Shown here piece after piece: positions 36,261 to 45,708 of a stretch of DNA of 64,000 bases; the stretch's first letter is position 1; every line of letters starts with the position of its first letter. Location of the stretch: positions 1-64,000 of IMG/VR virus record IMGVR_UViG_3300046786_000888. One strand, 5' to 3'. A model generated the notes under the pieces. The model was not told where the DNA came from. It saw only the letters and a list, made by a program, of their open reading frames with translations, and did no database searches. Source of the DNA: a virus (lineage: Duplodnaviria; Caudoviricetes). The translations under genes were made by a program, and so were the position numbers.

Positions 36261-36740
36261 ATGCCAAACCCCTTTAACTTACTTAGATTCGCAAATCAAG
36301 TGCCTGGCGTAGGTAAAGCTCTGAGAGCTATCTATGCCGTAGCTCCTGATGTAGGCATTGGACTGCCCGTGGAGCTCATGATGTCCGAGAAAAAGTCACC
36401 TAAAAAAGAAAGAACTGCAGGTCTGAACACAGCTGCAGAGGTTGCCACGTCGCTCGTTCTTGGTGGAGCTGAGACAATTCCTCAGCTGACGCAACTGGCT
36501 ACCGATCCTGCAATCCTTAGAGCTTTAGGACAGGAGGGGCTGAGTAAGAACGAAATAATTCGAAATTTAAACGCACGGGCACGCACGATTAACCCCAGTA
36601 TGTACACAGAACAGCTCGTGGAACAAATCGTCGAGGGGCGAGTTGATGCTGAAAAAGAACGATTAATGCAGGAAGCACGGAATCGCTTACGCGGGATCCA
36701 AGTGCCATTACCTACATCCGGACTGATGGGGCTGCGCTAA
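36261..36740 (+). CDS. Hypothetical protein
   Basis: 159-aa ORF on the strand opposite the late block. Confidence 0.55.
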   Translation: MPNPFNLLRFANQVPGVGKALRAIYAVAPDVGIGLPVELMMSEKKSPKKERTAGLNTAAEVATSLVLGGAETIPQLTQLATDPAILRALGQEGLSKNEIIRNLNARARTINPSMYTEQLVEQIVEGRVDAEKERLMQEARNRLRGIQVPLPTSGLMGLR

Positions 36741-36746
36741 GGCAAT

Positions 36747-36771
36747 AAAAAACCCCTCCCGAAGGAGGGGT
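36747..36771 (-). terminator. Rho-independent terminator of the capsid operon
   Basis: Minus strand CCCCTCC-TTCG-GGAGGGG then T6. Confidence 0.9.
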
Positions 36772-36793
36772 CCCCTTTGCCGACCTGAGTATA

Positions 36794-37672
36794 TCAGGTT
36801 GGAACGGTCGAGCTGTAGATGGTGGACTCCACCACGCCGCCGGGCTGAAGGGCCACATCGTCGCGCTTAGGAGCGACGTCAGGCACAATCCAGCACACTT
36901 CGCAAATAGCGAGTGCTTTGTTCTTACCGGCCAGTTTGCCGGCTTGAGCGCGCGGATCGAAGGTACCCGAGGCGAGAGTCAGACCAGAAGCCGCGACGCC
37001 GCCCAGGTTACGGGTGGCGAACAGTTTCCAGGTGGTCTCGGCGCTAAGGGCAGACAGCTTGCTGGAATCGATGATGTTCACCGAAGCATTGCTGCCGTTT
37101 TCGATTCGGCTGCTGGCGCCGGTCACGGACACGCCGAACTGACCAGACACCACGGTGCCGTCGCTGCGCAGACCTTGGTTCATTGCGGGAACCAGGCTGA
37201 GCTGAGGAGTGGCCGAACCACCGCCCACGCCGCTGCTGATGACGTCGCCGCCGTCAACACGCAGAGAGGCACGGTACACGTAGGCACCTGCAGGCACTTT
37301 GATACCGTCAGCGATATCGGCGCGAATATCCTTGTGGTAATCCGGCGAAGGAATGACCACATTGGCGCTGCTGAAAGCTTGGTTAGAGCCGTTCAGACCA
37401 GAACCGTAGGGCTGAGAATAGTACTCAAGCTGGTTAACGGAACCGTTGGCCTGATAAGACAGGTCAACATAACCGATTGCCTGCTGAGCAATCCAGCCGG
37501 GACGGAACACTACGCCGACGGGACCGCCAATAGGCTGAGCAGTCAGAGTTTCAGAGGTTCCGTTCTCGTTGTTAAAAACAACGGACTTTTCTTCGTGCCA
37601 GTAACGAAGAACGTTGGTGTAGTTACCAGGATAAATCTTGGCAACTTGTAACTGGTTAGGGTTGATCGCCAT
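36794..37672 (-). CDS. Abundant virion protein co-transcribed with the major capsid protein
   Basis: Directly after MCP behind an AGGAGG RBS; strong codon bias; before the terminator. Confidence 0.65.
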   Translation of the reverse strand: MAINPNQLQVAKIYPGNYTNVLRYWHEEKSVVFNNENGTSETLTAQPIGGPVGVVFRPGWIAQQAIGYVDLSYQANGSVNQLEYYSQPYGSGLNGSNQAFSSANVVIPSPDYHKDIRADIADGIKVPAGAYVYRASLRVDGGDVISSGVGGGSATPQLSLVPAMNQGLRSDGTVVSGQFGVSVTGASSRIENGSNASVNIIDSSKLSALSAETTWKLFATRNLGGVAASGLTLASGTFDPRAQAGKLAGKNKALAICEVCWIVPDVAPKRDDVALQPGGVVESTIYSSTVPT

Positions 37673-37687
37673 CGTTAGTACCTCCTA

Positions 37688-38696
37688 TCAAGCGTTAAAG
37701 GAGTAAGCGATGGTGGCGAAATCAGCATTCAGGAGTTCGAAACCTGCGTACAGGCTCCAAATCATCATGATAAAACGGCTGAAATCGTCGTTGTTATTCA
37801 GGAGCACCTGAGCGTTGTTGCCGCCGATACCGACGCCCACGCTTTGGGGACCGAAGAACATACCGATTGCGCTCTCATAGGATTTAGCCGTACCGCCGAT
37901 GGTAGCGGTCTGGCTTTGAGAGGGCATGTTGGTCGATTCGAAGAAGCGCACGCCTTCGAACACGAAACCGGTGGGCATGATCGGCTCGCCGGCCACGAAG
38001 CTGGCTTGACCGAAGCCCTGACCCATGTAGATAGCAGCGTTGGGCTGCATACCAGACATGAGGGGATTGATCTGACCGTTGCCAGGATAACGAGCCACTT
38101 CACGGAAGTCGCTGTTCTGACGCAGGTGCATCAGGAAGGTAGGATCGCACACACAGCGATAGAAACCGTCCTGATAGGTAGGAACGTTACGCTTACGCAG
38201 GCTCTTCACCACGCGCAGCAGGTCGTCCTTAACGTCGAACTTAGCTTGTTCGGCGTTGGTGTAGGTCAGCGAACCGACGGCGAGGTCGCCAGGGTAGTAA
38301 TAACCACCTTGGGTGTCGGAAGCTTGACCCTTAGAAACTGCTTTCAGGAGTTCGTTGATGAACACCCGGTCACGCCAACGACGATAGTCGTCGAGCAGAG
38401 TCAGCGAACCGATGGACTGGTGGAACGCGGTGAGGTTACCGGTATCCAGCAGCAGACGCTGAGCGGTGATCAGGGTCTCGCGAGCAATCTTAAAGGTGCT
38501 CGGCTGAGTAGGATCAGTCGGGTCGGCAGGGCCAGTGTACTCGCGGAGAGTCACGAGCACTTTGTCCTTAACGATATTCCGGCTGTTGGCAGTACCGATG
38601 GTCTGCTCAGCAGTGCGCTCCCGAGACTCCTTAGAGCCGGGGTTGCCCCAGAAACGATAACGGTCAAGCTGAACGGTTTGGCCGGGTTGTTTGCTA
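37688..38696 (-). CDS. Major capsid protein, exon 2 (N4-gp56-like)
   Basis: (T)-AGC AAA CAA CCC GGC reads SKQPGQTVQLDRYRFW and is in frame with the listed 37688..38560 ORF; PIMPTGFVFEGVRFFES; FG...VGVG. Confidence 0.8.
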
Positions 38697-39691
38697 CCTA
38701 AAATGCTTTAATAAGCACCGCAAGGCTCTTTATCCTTGCGTAACATCAACTTAAGGACGTTGATGAGCAGACTATATCATCACCCACAGCGGGTAAATCC
38801 CCTGTTTGGGTGCTCCGCGCTCGTGTCACCTTATCGGCTTCTACAACAAACTTGTTGCGGTCAGCCTCGCTCCACTTTGACTTACCTCGATTGGTTCGAG
38901 TGTCATAGCGAAGGTCAAATTTGTATTGCATAGCTTTACATCCGTAAGGTTTTAAAACCTCTACAAATTGCCTGGCTGATGTTCCGTTAGCTCGAAGATT
39001 CCACAGGTTGGGATTTTTCTTTGCCATCGGAACACGAGGAACTAAGGAAGCTCCTGTCAGGCTCTCTATCCAATCCGAAACAACCAAAGCTGTATCGTAA
39101 GGGATATATAAAGCTAGCTCAACAATGCGTTCCCGAATGTAGGGATCTCCCGTACGCGTGGACGTACCGCGCTTACGTAGGTGAAGGTTTCCGTCATCCA
39201 TGTAAAGGAGGGCTAAACCTTCTAACCCTATATCTCTAAGGAAAGAAGCTGTAAATTCTTTCTTCCCGCGAGGGTAGAGCTCTCTATAAATCGGTAATAG
39301 CAGCTCTTGCTGATTAGACCACCACTGACAAGCAGGAAAACTTCCCGTTTGGCAGTCGGCTTCTCTTTCCTTAATAGGCTGTTTTATGCCGAAAATACGA
39401 TTGAGTCTTCCAACTTTCCAGCGGAGAAACTCAAATTGTTTTTGAGCATGAGTGATGTGAAGGCTAGGGTAGGTCGTGACCTGCCTCAGACAACCATCGC
39501 CCAAACAGACCCCTTTAAGAAAGGAGCGGTCGCTTCGAGAGAGCATTTGAACAGTGTTAGTCGTTGAACCTTCCAGTCATTTCTGGCTGGCTTGGCTGCT
39601 GATTAGCCTCCCTTTCGGGTCCGGCTTTCCAGCAATTCACGGAGTTTAACCGATAGGCTTTCACCTAAAGGGACTCTAGACACATAGGTCC
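38697..39691 (-). ncRNA. Group I intron (995 nt) in the major capsid gene
   Basis: P AATTGCTGGAA (39627-37), Q AATCAGCAGCC (39594-604), R GGTTCAACGACTA (39558-70), S GATGATATAGTC (38770-81); IGS GAGTC pairs with exon GACTT including the U.G pair; terminal G. Confidence 0.9.
38746..39546 (-). CDS. Intron-encoded double-motif LAGLIDADG homing endonuclease
   Basis: LKGVCLGDGCL and LALLYMDDGNL motifs; lies between the R and S elements and runs through S. Confidence 0.85.
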   Translation of the reverse strand: MLSRSDRSFLKGVCLGDGCLRQVTTYPSLHITHAQKQFEFLRWKVGRLNRIFGIKQPIKEREADCQTGSFPACQWWSNQQELLLPIYRELYPRGKKEFTASFLRDIGLEGLALLYMDDGNLHLRKRGTSTRTGDPYIRERIVELALYIPYDTALVVSDWIESLTGASLVPRVPMAKKNPNLWNLRANGTSARQFVEVLKPYGCKAMQYKFDLRYDTRTNRGKSKWSEADRNKFVVEADKVTRARSTQTGDLPAVGDDIVCSSTSLS

Positions 39692-39798
39692 AAGTCGTGC
39701 ACAACCACAGGCTCTGCAGCCATCTCTACAACGTACGCAGGATGCGGACGATAGAGCTCTGCACCGAGCAGCTTCGGAAAATCATTGTCGACGAACAA
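39692..39798 (-). CDS. Major capsid protein, exon 1
   Basis: GGAGG RBS, TTG start, MFVDNDFPKLLGAELYRPHPAYVVEMAAEPVVVHD plus TT; 107+1009 nt gives 371 aa. Confidence 0.8.
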
Positions 39799-39878
39799 AG
39801 CGTCAACCTCCGAAGAACTACATACGTAGTTTAACTAGAAAAACCTCAGAGTAAAAAGCCTCTGTCTCGTTTTTAGCG

Positions 39879-40592
39879 TTAGCCTAACTTACGGCTGAGA
39901 TTACGTACGCTCTCTGGCAGTTGGTAATAAATAGAGCCGTAATTGGACACATGCTTGGCCGCACCGCCGCGATAAATAAATCTGAAGGGTACGGACATTA
40001 GTCCAGGTTCCTCCGTACGGATTGTTTGCGTATACGTTTTGCAGTACACCGGAGGGTTATAAACCCACTCAGAACGGTTAGCTGTCCCTTGAGGACCTAA
40101 TGAATTCGTAAGTATCCCACCTTCTACACGCCCGTGGGAAACACCACCGCCGGTGATACCTTGCTGTCCGGTATTACCTGTAGGAGTATTGTAAGGATCG
40201 TAAACCTGGGAATCGGGAGCCGACCCTCCGAAGTACGTATACTTCCCAGCATCACGCTCACCGTAATCCGGTCCGGTAAAAGTCTGAACTTTCCGTCCGG
40301 CAATCGTGTCGACAGTGACCGGACGATAACCTTGATAAGAACTTAAAACACCACTAGGCGCATAATCTACATTTTCGTAATTATTCCAATAGCCGGATAT
40401 CGCGGCAGGCACCTGGCGCCACGCGGTGGAATAAGTTCCGCTGTAGCTGGGGGAACCATCAACAATTACGCCTAAATCGGCTCCGGTATCTCGGATACCC
40501 GAATTTAAGACGATAAAACCTTCGTGCGAAGGCCCGCTCTGGACACGATGCGGCCCCGAATCGTATTTGTAATTTCTATAAGATATATACAT
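39879..40592 (-). CDS. Gly/Tyr-rich probable structural protein
   Basis: 237-aa ORF between scaffold and MCP. Confidence 0.55.
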   Translation of the reverse strand: MYISYRNYKYDSGPHRVQSGPSHEGFIVLNSGIRDTGADLGVIVDGSPSYSGTYSTAWRQVPAAISGYWNNYENVDYAPSGVLSSYQGYRPVTVDTIAGRKVQTFTGPDYGERDAGKYTYFGGSAPDSQVYDPYNTPTGNTGQQGITGGGVSHGRVEGGILTNSLGPQGTANRSEWVYNPPVYCKTYTQTIRTEEPGLMSVPFRFIYRGGAAKHVSNYGSIYYQLPESVRNLSRKLG

Positions 40593-40618
40593 TTAAAGCA
40601 GTCAGGGCTGCCTTAATT

Positions 40619-40801
40619 CTAAGCGGCGGGGGTATCCTCAGCCGGAGCTACAGGGGAAACCTGACTGGCGATTGCCCGAATATCCTCGCTGATCAGATTC
40701 ACATCCCGAGCGTAGTTTGCCTTGAGTTCTTCAAGCTCTTTTTTGAGCTGCTCGACTTCAGCATTTTCGCCGCCACGGCGACGACCGAGTGGGTTAGGCA
40801 C
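40619..40801 (-). CDS. Small coiled-coil protein
   Basis: EVEQLKKELEELKANY. Confidence 0.55.
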   Translation of the reverse strand: MPNPLGRRRGGENAEVEQLKKELEELKANYARDVNLISEDIRAIASQVSPVAPAEDTPAA

Positions 40802-40804
40802 GGA

Positions 40805-40987
40805 TTACTTACCTTTGCTCTTCTTGTATTTTACAGCCTTTTTCTTCGCCTCCTCGCGTTTTTTCGTCCGCTCAGGCAAATCACTTTTTGTCTCTTTCTC
40901 GTACTCAGCTACTTTAGCTTTAGAAATTTCACCTCGCTCCTGCATTGCGTAGAATTTACGCCTTTGTGCCTCAGATTTAAAAGGCAT
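40805..40987 (-). CDS. Small basic phage protein
   Basis: MPFKSEAQRRKFYAMQERGEIS. Confidence 0.65.
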   Translation of the reverse strand: MPFKSEAQRRKFYAMQERGEISKAKVAEYEKETKSDLPERTKKREEAKKKAVKYKKSKGK

Positions 40988-41038
40988 CTTAATAAACGCT
41001 TTTTAACAGTATACTCAATAAAAACACCGTATATCCAA

Positions 41039-41066
41039 TAAAAAACCCCCGTTGTCCAGACGGGGG
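41039..41066 (-). terminator. Rho-independent terminator after the scaffold gene
   Basis: Minus strand CCCCCGT-CTGGACA-ACGGGGG then a T run. Confidence 0.75.
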
Positions 41067-41123
41067 CAGAGTATGTTCGTCCACCATGCGAGCGGTGCTC
41101 CACACCGCTGAACTTATTTTAAC

Positions 41124-42077
41124 TCAGTTGCCATCAAGGAACAGCAGCTTGGCTCGCAAAGCCTCAGGGGACATGTTGTTCAGGTAACGCCAGGCTTGGT
41201 CAGGAGCCTGGTTCATAACCTGACCAAACTGTTCCCACTGCATGTTGGGATCTTGCTGAGGTTGACCGCCGGTAGCAGCAGCGGGCACGGCAGGAACTTG
41301 GTCATAGTTCAGCCGATAATTTTGCTGTTGAAGAGCGGCGCTAGCCTCGTCAGCAGCGATCTGCTCATCGGTGCGCAGGTCAGTGGGATACACCTCAGTG
41401 AAGAACCGGTTGGTGTAATCAGCAAGCTGATCGGGATCGGTCAGGATCTGCTCCATCGCCATGCCGCGGGTGGCAATTTGCTCAAGAGTCTGATGCTGTT
41501 GAATTAGGGCGTCCTCCAGAGTGGTGGAGTACTGATTCAGAATCGCCGGAGCTTCCAGACCGAAGTGGTTAACGACGGCGGCGCTTGCTTGGCTTAACTG
41601 CGGCTCCTGCGCCGTAGAAGTCGGCGAGGAAATTGGGGTCGTATAGACGTTGTTGGATAAGGTCGGCTGAGCCGTAGGGGGTTGGTAAGCCCAGGGCTGT
41701 TGGACCTGTGAAGCCAGATTGCTCTGTTGAATATCCTGCGCCGCCAGTTGGGGCTGCGCTAACGATGCTGTCTGGCTGGGGGACGGGGAGAGCCGGGAGA
41801 CGATCCGGTCCAGGCTGCCCAGCGCTGCTTCCCACGGGTTGCTCGGGGAGGAGGCTGACGGAAACTGGCTGGACTGGCTGCTGATAGAAGGGGCCGTAGC
41901 CAGTTGTGCCGGCGACGGCGCTTGGGCTGTAGTTGCCGAAGCTACCGCCGGGGTAGGGGTTTGCGCTACCCACTGAGGGTAAACGGTTGAGCCCATATCC
42001 GGGGAGAAGGCCGCCTGGGGCGCCGCTACTGCCGGGGAGACCGGGCTCGGGGTCGAAGCTGGGATCGCTTGGCTCAT
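41124..42077 (-). CDS. Putative scaffolding protein
   Basis: Disordered P/A/Q/S-rich N-half and helical C-half; between portal and MCP. Confidence 0.6.
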   Translation of the reverse strand: MSQAIPASTPSPVSPAVAAPQAAFSPDMGSTVYPQWVAQTPTPAVASATTAQAPSPAQLATAPSISSQSSQFPSASSPSNPWEAALGSLDRIVSRLSPSPSQTASLAQPQLAAQDIQQSNLASQVQQPWAYQPPTAQPTLSNNVYTTPISSPTSTAQEPQLSQASAAVVNHFGLEAPAILNQYSTTLEDALIQQHQTLEQIATRGMAMEQILTDPDQLADYTNRFFTEVYPTDLRTDEQIAADEASAALQQQNYRLNYDQVPAVPAAATGGQPQQDPNMQWEQFGQVMNQAPDQAWRYLNNMSPEALRAKLLFLDGN

Positions 42078-43809
42078 AGCTGCCCGAGTAAGTTAGTTCT
42101 TGCGCAAGGTGATCGAAGGTGCGGTAGAGAAGAGGCGTTATATTTAACCTCGGGTCTGCCGCTAAGGGCTGGGTCGGCGCAAGAGGGTGCGGCGACTGCA
42201 TCAGCTGATTTAATGTTAGCAGGAAATTTTGTAGCGCGGCTTGCGTTTGTTGAATCATTCTGAAGGGGAATCCCTTCAACATTTCAGATCGCTCTAGATC
42301 ACTCTTGTCTGGGAACAAGTAACGCAGAGCTTCCACGCTGTCAACACCGAGTTCTTGAAGATTTCGAACAACGATTGACTTTTGGTTGATGTCATACGCC
42401 GTGTCTTCGTATACATCGCCCTGGAAGCGATACGTGACTTCGCGGTCACCATCAGGCGGAAGACCAAAAACGCCGCTAGGAACTTTGTTTTCCGAAAGAG
42501 CTGTTTGGATAGCAATATCGACATCACGTTCGTACTTAGCCAAACGTTTCTGATATTTTTCCACAGCTTCCGGAGTTTCTTCTTTCGGTTCTTTAGGTGG
42601 GGCCAAACCCATAACCGAAATAAAGCTCTCTCGGAAAATCTGCTCTTGATGATAAATAATCATCTCCAGCAGACGGCAGAAGCCGTAACTTAAAAAACTC
42701 TTATTTTTACGAAGAGCAGTCGCCTGAGCACGACCCATAAGGCCCTTAATCTCAGTCGCAGTGGCACCGGCGCTAATTGATATTTCATCAACGCCGCCGA
42801 GTGCAGTTCGAATTTCCTCTCGTAATAAAAGGGCATAACGATTCATGTCCCCGTTAACGGGGTCAGGGGTCATATAACCGACTCGATCGGACGGCTCGAC
42901 GTTGGCAATGATCCGAGGAACTCGAAGACCCCCGATGCCAGATTGCGATCCGAAAGGATCCGAGACCCGTGTGGATGGAGAATCTAAACCGCCAAATCCA
43001 CTTTGACTGCTGATCGTCGGACGGAAGTTACGATCGGTATCACTTGCCTCCACCAGATCGCTACGTGGACGCGAGCTGATGAGAGTCGGGTTGCCAAAGA
43101 ACTCGATGTTCTTGGCGATATTCTGCATCATCTGATCATGCAGAACAATCTGCTGCATGAACGGTTCGAACTCCCCCTCACCTTCAGTACCGCTAGCGTT
43201 TGGTTTGTTCAGAACCTCCACGGCGGGGATAAACCCGAGCGTATTAGGACGGCTGTTTCGGGGAGTAATGACGGAGCCGGGCTCTAAGTCAAAGCTCAGT
43301 TCCGTATCGGCTTCATATTCCGCGATTGTCTCGGCCGTGATCGAAATACGGACGTACCTTTTGTTTTGTCCGTAAGTATTCGAAGGTAGTCCGAGATTAC
43401 CGTTCTTAACTTTGTAGGAGTACAGGATCACAACCTCTTCAATCTCTCCGTTGAGGTCGTGGTAAACCCGGTACTGATTTTTGTTGAAGAAGTAAATCTG
43501 GTACTTAAGTTTTGGATCAGGTCTGAAGTAAAAAAGACCCGAACCGTCGATCAAAAAATTCCGAACGATAGCCGGGAAGCGGATATCAAGTTTATTAAGT
43601 TTTATCAGATCATCCAGAAACTTACTACGAGCTTTATACGTATCCTGCTCACAATAGAAAAACAGACCCTTCTTAATCATAAGAAGGGTCATCTGCTGGA
43701 CATGGCTCAGCACCACCATGGTGGCGGATTGCTTAGAGCGATCCTGAGTTCGGGCTGCCTCCAGAATCTCACTGAATCGTCCTCGGACACTTAGAAGATC
43801 TGCAGGCAT
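41569..43809 (-). CDS. Portal protein with long disordered C-terminal extension
   Basis: Size and synteny (TerL...portal-scaffold-MCP); EIRTALGGVDEISISAGATATEIK helical region. Confidence 0.7.
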   Translation of the reverse strand: MPADLLSVRGRFSEILEAARTQDRSKQSATMVVLSHVQQMTLLMIKKGLFFYCEQDTYKARSKFLDDLIKLNKLDIRFPAIVRNFLIDGSGLFYFRPDPKLKYQIYFFNKNQYRVYHDLNGEIEEVVILYSYKVKNGNLGLPSNTYGQNKRYVRISITAETIAEYEADTELSFDLEPGSVITPRNSRPNTLGFIPAVEVLNKPNASGTEGEGEFEPFMQQIVLHDQMMQNIAKNIEFFGNPTLISSRPRSDLVEASDTDRNFRPTISSQSGFGGLDSPSTRVSDPFGSQSGIGGLRVPRIIANVEPSDRVGYMTPDPVNGDMNRYALLLREEIRTALGGVDEISISAGATATEIKGLMGRAQATALRKNKSFLSYGFCRLLEMIIYHQEQIFRESFISVMGLAPPKEPKEETPEAVEKYQKRLAKYERDVDIAIQTALSENKVPSGVFGLPPDGDREVTYRFQGDVYEDTAYDINQKSIVVRNLQELGVDSVEALRYLFPDKSDLERSEMLKGFPFRMIQQTQAALQNFLLTLNQLMQSPHPLAPTQPLAADPRLNITPLLYRTFDHLAQELTYSGSYEPSDPSFDPEPGLPGSSGAPGGLLPGYGLNRLPSVGSANPYPGGSFGNYSPSAVAGTTGYGPFYQQPVQPVSVSLLPEQPVGSSAGQPGPDRLPALPVPQPDSIVSAAPTGGAGYSTEQSGFTGPTALGLPTPYGSADLIQQRLYDPNFLADFYGAGAAVKPSKRRRR

Positions 43810-43827
43810 TTTACGAAAACGACGTTG

Positions 43828-44670
43828 TCAGGAGTCCGGAAGAAGGTACTCCTTCACTCGTTCTAGTTTAAACAATTCTGGCGGTAAAAGATCATGCGGG
43901 TACGGAGTCAGTACGTGATCTTTACGCCCAAGAGGATCTGTGCCTCCTGCTTCCGCTTTATACGCATCGAGGAAGTCAAGCATCTCTTGACTATACGCAG
44001 GAGCGTGTGCGTTAGGAATGTCGTCGTAGCAGTGAGAGAACGAAGTGAGCTTACGCTTAAGGCGCTCAGCTCCTCCCATCCAACTGAAGTGCCAGCCCGC
44101 GTCGCAATTACCAACAACAAGATCGTTGGGGTTCCGACGGATTTCGGAAAGCGTCTGACTGAGGTGCTCGTGCAAAACCACGGTGCCGCAGGTCCAGTTC
44201 GTTGGCGGTTTTGTTGCGTCGCCTTCAGGATCAACGACGCGAAGATCCGCACGGCCGTACATCATCGGCATCGACAAGCGCACACAACGCTTAGTGTCTT
44301 CTTTAGCTAGTTTTACAGCTTCTAAAAGCGCCGACGGCTTAGGAATCTCGTCAACATCCGAAAAAAAGAACGCAGAGTCGGGTGGAGTCATACGCATACC
44401 TACGGCAAGAGCGTCCCGCTGTGCGAATTCACGGATCCACGGGCTGGGAGCGATATCCGGAGGCGGAAGCTCGACGTGGAGAATTTGAATCTTTTCTTCG
44501 GGCAGCCCGAGCTTACGAATTGTCTCTAAACAAGTAAAAGGCTTTTCGTCGCCCTTAAAAGTACGGTTTGCGTCGGTGATTATAAACCCATCTACGACGT
44601 CTTTAAGCATTTCGACGCGCAGTGCAAGTAATTCGGCTTCGTTAAAGTAAAGAAAGCAATCAAATAACAT
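43828..44670 (-). CDS. Glycosyltransferase family 17-like
   Basis: FDCFLYFNEAELLALR; SDVDEIP; AGWHFSW. Confidence 0.85.
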   Translation of the reverse strand: MLFDCFLYFNEAELLALRVEMLKDVVDGFIITDANRTFKGDEKPFTCLETIRKLGLPEEKIQILHVELPPPDIAPSPWIREFAQRDALAVGMRMTPPDSAFFFSDVDEIPKPSALLEAVKLAKEDTKRCVRLSMPMMYGRADLRVVDPEGDATKPPTNWTCGTVVLHEHLSQTLSEIRRNPNDLVVGNCDAGWHFSWMGGAERLKRKLTSFSHCYDDIPNAHAPAYSQEMLDFLDAYKAEAGGTDPLGRKDHVLTPYPHDLLPPELFKLERVKEYLLPDS

Positions 44671-44760
44671 AAAAAGCTTTTGAAAGACAGAAAAAGCTTA
44701 GCATAACGCCTAAAAAACAGTGTCTTGTGTACATCTTTATAAGATTTTGTAATAACTACA

Positions 44761-45252
44761 TTACTTTAAATTTTTGTTCTTTTTCCAAACCCATTTTTCC
44801 CTGCCTCCCGGACGACAGTTTTCTCTATGAGTAACCCATCTACAATTCTCAGGAGTGTACCCAAGCTTATTTTTTTCTCTATCAAGCTCTAATTCTTTTC
44901 TTGCTCCGTTCGCAAGAGCCCAGGACTCAAAGGCTTCAAAGTTTTCCGCCCACTCAGAGCATACAGTTATGTTCTTACGTATATAACTTTCATGATTATT
45001 GCACCTACACTTCATGTCAACCCAGCGATCATACAGCCAAGAATCCCCTGATCTGCGATCTCGTCCTCTGGTAGCTTTGCCGTGCTTATAAACCGAATGA
45101 ACATAATCAGGTTGACTCATTCGATATTTCTGAGCGCAGGACCTACAGCGTTCAGGCTTTTTGTGCTGTTGAATTAGTCTTATCTTTCCGCAGTCAATAC
45201 AAGTGTGCTCAACGTATATATGATTTCCTTTCCTTACTGCCATGCTCGGCAA
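44761..45252 (-). CDS. HNH-type endonuclease (related to 32102..32815)
   Basis: LYDRWVDMKCRC...ITVCSEW...LDREKNKLGYTPENCRWVT. Confidence 0.75.
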   Translation of the reverse strand: MPSMAVRKGNHIYVEHTCIDCGKIRLIQQHKKPERCRSCAQKYRMSQPDYVHSVYKHGKATRGRDRRSGDSWLYDRWVDMKCRCNNHESYIRKNITVCSEWAENFEAFESWALANGARKELELDREKNKLGYTPENCRWVTHRENCRPGGREKWVWKKNKNLK

Positions 45253-45488
45253 CTCCAGTAGCGAGCCTTGAGTTTACTCCCAGGATTATCGCAGTTGTGT
45301 CGCGCCAGAAAGGCTTGCTTTCGATCAGGGTCATTTTTTTTAATAGTCATATTTGGATCACCAAACCGCACCAAGCGCACTTGACCGTTTTCACGTGCCG
45401 CAACAGCAGATTTCTTACCTCCGCCAGAATCACGACGAGGTTTGTTATACCCGTCAAACACTTCTCCGGCGATCCGAATCTTAGCCAT
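45234..45488 (-). CDS. Small basic conserved phage protein
   Basis: GYNKP...VRFGDPNM...FLARHNC...ARYWSC. Confidence 0.7.
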   Translation of the reverse strand: MAKIRIAGEVFDGYNKPRRDSGGGKKSAVAARENGQVRLVRFGDPNMTIKKNDPDRKQAFLARHNCDNPGSKLKARYWSCRAWQ

Positions 45489-45706
45489 CAGCCTTTATTC
45501 TTTCTCTTAATGTACTCAGAAGCTCGACGACGCGCTTCTTTAGCTTTTTCAGTATTGGGGACGTGCGTATTCACCGGTTTGTTGCCGGCGGTCGCCCGTT
45601 TTTTCTTTTCGTCGGTGGCGCGACGCTCATCCTCGCTCATGGAAGCCCACGCTGCTTTAGGCAGATAGCGTTCTGTGCGACCTTTTTCCCGCGCTAAATC
45701 AGCCAT
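45488..45706 (-). CDS. DUF5872-like C-terminal half
   Basis: KGRTERYLPKAAWASMSEDERRATDEKK...VPNT. Confidence 0.55.
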   Translation of the reverse strand: MADLAREKGRTERYLPKAAWASMSEDERRATDEKKKRATAGNKPVNTHVPNTEKAKEARRRASEYIKRKNKG

Positions 45707-45708
45707 AA

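Noticed and set aside
37688-38560. Major capsid protein starting at GTG 38560
   Set aside because: The frame continues 45 codons upstream to the intron boundary, and exon 1 has a strong RBS.
38694-38696. Alternative 3' splice site after G38694 (giving DFKQPG)
   Set aside because: Also in frame, but P10 pairing (intron CUA with exon UAG) favours G38697; not excluded without RNA data.
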